This document shows positions 1-5,437 of a DNA stretch of 5,437 nucleotides, one piece after another. The notes under the pieces were generated by a model that was not told the origin of the DNA, did not search any database, and was given only the letters and a program-made list of their open reading frames with translations. The stretch comes from Ascoidea asiatica JCM 7603. Its lineage: Eukaryota; Fungi; Ascomycota. Every line of letters starts with the position of its first letter. Within the stretch, counting starts at the first letter, position 1. The position numbers and the translations under genes were made by a program. The stretch lies in NCBI GenBank assembly GCA_001600695.1, contig BCKQ01000041.1, positions 1,732-7,168 of the forward strand, given 5' to 3'.

Positions 1-223
1 AACGAATAATACATTTCAATCTTCTTTCTTAATTTGTTTTTTTAGATACAAAAATAATATTTACAGCTTCGAGAATCAAAAAGCGTGTTTGAATGTACAA
101 TTAAAAAGGACCCTTGTTCTATTTTAATATAAGCAGTTTTTATTTCATTTGAATTGATACTTACTTTACCCAGAAAATTCAGTAACTTGAATAAATAAAT
201 CCTTTTTCAAATAATTTTGAAAA

Positions 224-304
224 TAGGACAGTTACCGAGATATAACGGTAGAATTCAATTATTTCTAGGACATAAATTTTAGCCACAAAATCTAAGTTTA
301 GGAC
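224..304 (+). repeat. Three dispersed direct copies of TAGGAC
   Basis: TAGGAC starts at 224, 266 and 299 (spacings 42 and 33 bp). I saw no other TAGGAC in the window; a related AAGGAC lies near 106. Function unknown. Confidence 0.5.
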
Positions 305-340
305 CTGTTTTGTTCATAAAGCACTGAATTGGAAACAAAA

Positions 341-449
341 TTACGTTTGAGTATAAAACTTTACGTTGGGATATAGGAAGTTACGTTTTACAGATGATAA
401 AAGTTACGTTTTTCAAGTTACGTTTGAGGCCGAATTCAAAAAACGTAAC
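341..449. repeat. Cluster of short motif (AAG)TTACGTT(T): 5 direct copies plus 1 inverted copy with non-repeating spacers; candidate protein-binding array
   Basis: TTACGTT cores at 341, 361, 381, 404 and 418. Exact AAGTTACGTTT at 378-388, 401-411 and 415-425. Inverted AAACGTAAC at 441-449. GTTACGTTTTT (403-413) is the perfect reverse complement of 439-449. Confidence 0.85.
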
Positions 450-1692
450 CAGTTTTTCAGTTGGAAATGCTTCTTCTGCTTCTGCTTTTTATTTTGCTGC
501 TGTTGATGCTAAATATATTTATTTTGTTTAAAATTGTTTAAAAAGGGTTTCAGTTTTGATTAACGTTTTTTTTTCTTTCCACTATTATCAATAGTATGTT
601 CTCATTATCAATCCCTAACGCTTTTTTCTTTTTGGTTTAGAAATAGCTACGTGCTTTTGATGATATTTTAGAAATTTGACAACAAAAGAAATGATAATAA
701 AATCTCATTGGAATTAATCTTTGTTTGGGTAAAACACAATTACAACTATTATTCAAGTTTCTTGTAATACTGATTTAATAATCCTTTAGTTGTTTTATCT
801 TGAGATTATTTTCAGCGATTGGATAAAAATATTATTGTTTAATAAATGTTTCTAACTCAGATCACATTTTGATTAATTGATTAGGTTTTCTCTTCAATTC
901 ATCTGTATTGAATAATTTTAAATTTAATTATTGAATTACCAAAATTTTGAATCAAGTATTCACTCATTGGATGGTTCAAATTATTAATTATTAAAAATAA
1001 TGATTTTAGTTTTAATGGAAAGAAAAAATAGAAGAACAAAAAGAAACCTGAATGAAAGTACTGCTTAAATCTTTAATCATGTTATTCAGTAAAACGTTAA
1101 AAATCTTGTTAATCTTTCTTCAGAGAGTCCTCGATAGTTTAATAAATTTTGTATAAATTATAATAATCAATTTATTTCTTTTTATTTTTCTTTCTTGAAA
1201 AGCTTAATTTTATTTCACAAAGTTTATTATCAGAAATACACTGAAATACGTTGCAATATTTTGAAATTAAAACAAAAATCCTTTTTTTCTTTCATTTGTC
1301 TTCACATTTGTTATTCAAATTAGTAGTAATGGTTTTTTTTTTGAATAAATTCAGACACAAAGCAAATAACTATTATACCTAGTTTTGGAATTTGTAGTTT
1401 CAGAAACGGCAAAGGAAAATGACAAATAAATTTAAAGACATCTGCGTTTTCAATCTGATATAATCAATATTGAATTTTATGTAAATTTGAAAACTATATT
1501 ATTCATACTCAGTTTATGTTTAATGAGTTTTATTTATAAAATTAATATTCATCAATTTGTTTAATGTCGTCTGAATATGAGAAACTGTAATTGGATTCAT
1601 ATCCTAGATATCAGTATTCAATTTTTACCAACAAATTTTCAACAAGTTTTTAAATATTTCAAACGGATATTCTCAATCAACAAAAATAATAA

Positions 1693-1719
1693 ATCAATTA
1701 ATCAATTTATCAATTAATC
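1693..1719. repeat. Short 8-bp tandem repeat (ATCAATTW) x about 3.4
   Basis: ATCAATTA ATCAATTT ATCAATTA ATC read directly. Confidence 0.65.
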
Positions 1720-2350
1720 CCCAAGAATAAATGAAAATGATAATACATCAGTTATTTTAAATACATTATTATATTGACTCTTTACTCAAATTGAAATAAT
1801 GGAATTAAGCATAACTCAGTTATCACTAAAATTCAATTTAGCTTTGTCTTTATTCCACACAAAATCCATTATTACTGTTAGTTTCTATAATATTGTTATT
1901 ATTATTTGTCCTTGGTTTATGATTTAAAGTATTTCAAATAGTTTTCTCAAAACTAAGATGACGTTCCCATTAATATTCTCTTTTAATGATTACTAAAAAT
2001 TAAATTCATCCCTTTATCATCATTCTTTCATTTTAGATAATTCTGGAAATAACAAACTCCAATTTTAATTATTAATAATCTTTAAACATTATTATGCTAT
2101 CAAAACAATAATTATTTTTACCTTATTAGTCAATTAAACTGCTTTGGATTGAATCAAATCTATTTTGGTTCTATTAAAACTTACTTCCCAGGCTTCTAAA
2201 AAATTGACAAATATTAAAAACAATAGTAATGTAAATGGCATTTAATAGAATTAAATTAATAAGATTTGAAGTCAATACATATTGAGATTCTGAAATATGA
2301 AAGCAATTTACAGATTAAAATTTAAAAAAAATCCACAACATTGCCATTTA

Positions 2351-2472
2351 AGCCATCATTTCAGTCATCATTCTATTATCATTGTAATATTATTTCATTT
2401 CTATTTTATTTCTATTTTATTACCATTTTATTATCATTCTATTATCATTCTATTATCATTTTATTATTGTTT
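2351..2472. repeat. Degenerate 11-bp minisatellite, consensus TATTATCATTY
   Basis: Contiguous units TATTACCATTT (2418), TATTATCATTC (2429), TATTATCATTC (2440), TATTATCATTT (2451), TATTATTGTTT (2462). Diverged upstream units AGCCATCATTT (2351), AGTCATCATTC (2363), TATTATCATTG (2374). Confidence 0.8.
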
Positions 2473-2528
2473 ATCTTTTTATTATTATTTCATTATGATG
2501 CCAAAAATCATTCTCGTTCTTATAAATT

Positions 2529-2561
2529 TTGATATCATTAATTTCATGATTATGATATCAA
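2529..2561. other. 10-bp perfect inverted repeat with 13-nt spacer (potential hairpin or cruciform)
   Basis: TTGATATCAT (2529-2538) is the reverse complement of ATGATATCAA (2552-2561). Each arm contains the palindrome TGATATCA. The structure is seen directly; its function is unsupported. Confidence 0.55.
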
Positions 2562-2759
2562 TGAATTCATCAAATGAAATAGAAAAAGTTTTAAATAAAA
2601 ATTCAAAATAAAGCTGAATAAATAAATAAGAATAAGCAAATTAGTGCTACTAAATGTGATGCTTTAATCTAGAAAAAAAGTTTACATTAATGATTGATAA
2701 TGATTAGAACGTAATATATAGCCTGCCATACATTAATTTAAATTATTCCTAAAATATGA

Positions 2760-4427
2760 AATTTTGCAAGATATTTCCAAAATTGGTATTGGAAGAATAG
2801 CTCAAGAAATTTCTCTTAAAATCCTTTAAGGATTCCCATCTATGATTAAAACTTATAGAATTACAATAAGCAAACAATAAAATGCTAATAAAATAGCTTT
2901 TCTACAGAAATAAATCCTTTTAATAGAAGAAGCAAAAATCTAGCTTAATCACCCAAGAATTTAAATCTAAACAATTCTTTATTATTTGAAAAAATTAATT
3001 CTTATAATTCATATCGTAAATTACCTTCAAACACAGTGTCTGAACATAGTATTAATTTTAAATTATTTTTTTTAAATTAAATTAGAAAAAATAATAGTAT
3101 GTTAACTAACTTTTTTTTGCTGGTTTTAATATTGCTCTTAATTCCATTGCAAATTGGAGCATTGATTAGTTCTTTAATGAACTTAAACTTGATATTTGAG
3201 TAGTTCTTTAAGCACAGCAGCTATTGGAAGAAAATTAAATTAATAGCAAACGGAAACGACATAATATAAAAATAAAGAATTAAAGCGTAAATTAAATAGA
3301 ATTAAATAATCAAGAAAGCTAGTGATATTAATTTTTTTATAGATAAAAGGAATAGAATGATATCAGCTGAAAACGTTTTGAAAAGTATATCTTGAAATAA
3401 GAGGTTTGATAAATACAGCAACTGACTTAGATAGAATAATCAAAACTGATTTGAAAAAAATTGTTCGATTCCATGAAATTTATCTTAACCGGTTAAGATT
3501 ATGGAAATAGTATAATTTGAAAAAGCAAACTCGATGAATCATTTTCAATAAGAGTAGGAATTGAGTGAAAAATAAACTAATATCAGTTTAAGTCATATAT
3601 CAGGCAAATCCGAATTTAAAATATCATTAGACGATACTTAACATAAATACATCAGATAAAGAAAAATATCTTAAAATGAGTATATTCAATTATTTCTAAA
3701 AACTGAACAAAAAACCCAGCAATTAAATTGTTATTCGATTTACTTTCAATGTCGGTTTAATTTCTGAAAAAAAACAAAGATTAAACTCATTATTGAAATA
3801 ATTGGATGACATAAAGATATTCTTCTCAAACTTTAATTTAATCAGTATAATCCAGCAGTATTAATAAAGGAAAAAAAAGGAAAGGAAGTCCGATATAAAG
3901 GAAGTTTAGAGATAAAAAATCATAGTAAGAGGTTGCAGTATTGTTGAATCAATTCCAAATACTTTAATACAGTTGATGAAAAAATTGATATATTAAAATG
4001 AGCTGAATTAATAAAAGCAAACACTGTTTCATTTTTGAATTGATTATCGTCTGAAAGTTTGTTGAAAAATATTACTTTTGATAAGATTAAGAATTTATCA
4101 TATTTAAAAATAGTGGTCTTAATGTTTAAGTAAACATTAGCAAGTATTCTGAATTAAATTAATTCATCATTCAGATTATGATATAAGAAATCAAAATTAA
4201 AGTTACTACTATATTAGTAAACTAATTTAAGATAAATTATCAATGAATGGAATATAGAAGTTTAAATTCATTTTGGATATAATGGACATGAATTAAGGAT
4301 GAATGAATTTTAATTTAATTTTGCTTTGCTTAATTTATTAATTGAAATAAGCTGCATTATTAAAACTTTTATAATGTACTGAAGCCAAGTAAATTTATCA
4401 CTAACAGAAACATTGACATGTGGGTGA
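2760..4427 (+). pseudogene. Possible decayed or alternatively coded reading frame (+ frame 3); no product assignable
   Basis: No TGA for 211 codons (2760-3392) or for 96 codons (3477-3764). Only one TAA/TAG in 152 codons (3675-4130). The + strand appears purine-skewed. Codon-position G bias is weak (hand count over 3361-4140: 43/32/35), and I recognise no domain. Confidence 0.2.
3482..3499. other. 18-bp perfect palindrome ATCTTAACCGGTTAAGAT
   Basis: The sequence equals its own reverse complement, has no loop, and has a CCGG centre. Function unknown. Confidence 0.7.
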
Positions 4428-4459
4428 AGATAAATTAAGAAACTAAGAATGATTGATTG

Positions 4460-4545
4460 ATTAATGATATTAATCATACTAATCATATTGATGATATTAA
4501 TCATATTAATGATATTAATGATATTAATGATATTAATGATATTAA
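4460..4545. repeat. 9-bp tandem repeat, consensus ATTAATGAT, 9 units plus a partial unit
   Basis: ATTAATGAT ATTAATCAT ACTAATCAT ATTGATGAT ATTAATCAT, then four perfect ATTAATGAT (4505-4540), then ATTAA. Confidence 0.92.
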
Positions 4546-5268
4546 AGGATTAATTATATCAAATATCATTTAATGGATTTTAAAAAATGAATTTGGTATT
4601 AGATAATTATGATTATAACTTGAATGAAGTTATATTAAAGAAATGAATTCAATTGTTGATGATGCTACTTTAATGGAATAGAAGCTTGAAGGACCAATGA
4701 AAGTAATATGAATTATTATCTTTTGTTGTAATATGAATAAAGGATTAATTCTAATATATAAGTGCGCTTATTATTCTTTGAAACATCTTTTTCAAGAGAT
4801 ATAACTGACTATTGGTTATTATTTTTTATTTCTTAATAAAGCTTCCATTGATGAATAATGATATATTTGATTTTCTAAATTGGATTAATTCATCTGATTA
4901 TATTGTATTAGTTAACTTATATTGATATGATTAATAAGAATATCATTGTTATTGTTTATTGGATTTTTGCTGATGTACTTCTTTTCACTTCGGTTTTTGA
5001 TTTATTAGGAGCCCCAAATGGGAGAAAAATACTACAGAAGTAAGAACTGTTGCTGCTTTCAATGCTTATAATAATGAATGAATTTAATAATGATTGATCA
5101 TATTTTATTAAATCACTATTATTTATTTATTATTCCAATAATCCCAATTCAGTTTCAAAATAAACCTTTTTCGTGGTGTTTTTTTACTATTGTTTATTTT
5201 ATGTTGCTTGTTAAGGCAATTTCTTCCGTGGTTGCAGCTGCACAGAACACCAACAGTAAAAACAAACC

Positions 5269-5360
5269 TTTATTTTTGTTTTGTTTTGTTTTCTTCTTTC
5301 TTTCAATTCTGCTTTCTTCCTTTGTTTTGTGGTTTCTGTTCATTTTCTTATTCTTTTTTC
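5269..5360. repeat. T-rich low-complexity tract (TTTTG and TTTC/TTC microrepeats)
   Basis: TTTTG x3 followed by TTC/TTTC runs, with almost no A on the + strand. This explains the two overlapping Phe/Leu/Cys-rich ORFs. Confidence 0.7.
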
Positions 5361-5437
5361 AATGAATGTCTCAGATCAAAGTGACGGTTACTAGGAAAGT
5401 TAAAAGAAATAATTCATTTGTTCAGTCAAAAGTAAGG

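Noticed and set aside
341-449. CRISPR interpretation of the repeat-spacer pattern
   Set aside because: Repeats (7-11 bp) and spacers (under 17 bp, irregular) are far too short, one copy is inverted, and no cas genes are present.
691-1344. 217-aa ATG-to-TGA ORF in + frame 1 under table 6
   Set aside because: With TGA as the only stop, about one run of this length is expected by chance across six frames. The translation is F/I/L/C-rich like non-coding AT-rich DNA, with no recognisable domain.
1321-2065. Patchy inverted similarities (about 1321-1365 vs 1838-1880; about 1381-1405 vs 2041-2065) suggesting TIRs
   Set aside because: They are gapped, AT-rich and not collinear with a single inverted repeat; no TSD was seen.
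2297-2611. Supplied ORFs 2297..2611 (104 aa) and 2341..2532 (63 aa)
   Set aside because: Both overlap the 11-bp minisatellite in different frames. The I/F/Y/H/L composition and the YYHSIII motif recurring in both frames are by-products of the repeat.
3115-3160. Minus-strand peptide AMELRAIL reminiscent of the RNase H ELxA helix
   Set aside because: No other RNase H or reverse-transcriptase motifs were found in register; the match is too short to be meaningful.
3398-3940. Two TAAGAGGTT sites (near 3398 and 3926) resembling the Tetrahymena chromosome breakage sequence AAAGAGGTTGGTTTA
   Set aside because: Each matches only 11/15, with mismatches in the conserved core.
4310-4504. Supplied minus-strand ORF (64 aa)
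   Set aside because: It is short, starts within the 9-bp repeat, and has no recognisable motif or coding bias.
5078-5384. Supplied ORFs 5078..5365 and 5190..5384, superficially membrane-protein-like
   Set aside because: Two overlapping frames are open because the T-rich tract lacks A and therefore stops; the hydrophobicity is compositional.
5380-5395. Small dyad followed by CTAG, resembling a Helitron 3' end
   Set aside because: The hairpin is weak and directly abuts the CTAG, which is followed by G rather than T.

Overview
This is a very AT-rich window (about 22% GC, estimated by hand from sampled lines). I can find no supportable standard-code protein gene, rRNA, tRNA, CRISPR array or recognisable mobile-element ORF. 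All five supplied ORFs coincide with low-complexity or tandem-repeat tracts and look spurious. The low coding density, homopolymer runs and minisatellites suggest non-coding or decayed DNA from an AT-rich eukaryote such as a protist, but that is inference. Directly visible features are: a cluster of six TTACGTT motifs at 341-449 (five direct, one inverted), preceded by three TAGGAC motifs at 224-304; 8-, 11- and 9-bp tandem repeats; an 18-bp perfect palindrome; and a nested inverted repeat. More speculatively, several stretches read as protein-like only if TAA/TAG are Gln and possibly TGA is Trp, most notably + frame 3 over about 2760-4427. This could reflect a reassigned genetic code, gene decay or chance. 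I could not identify a convincing novel multi-gene system.
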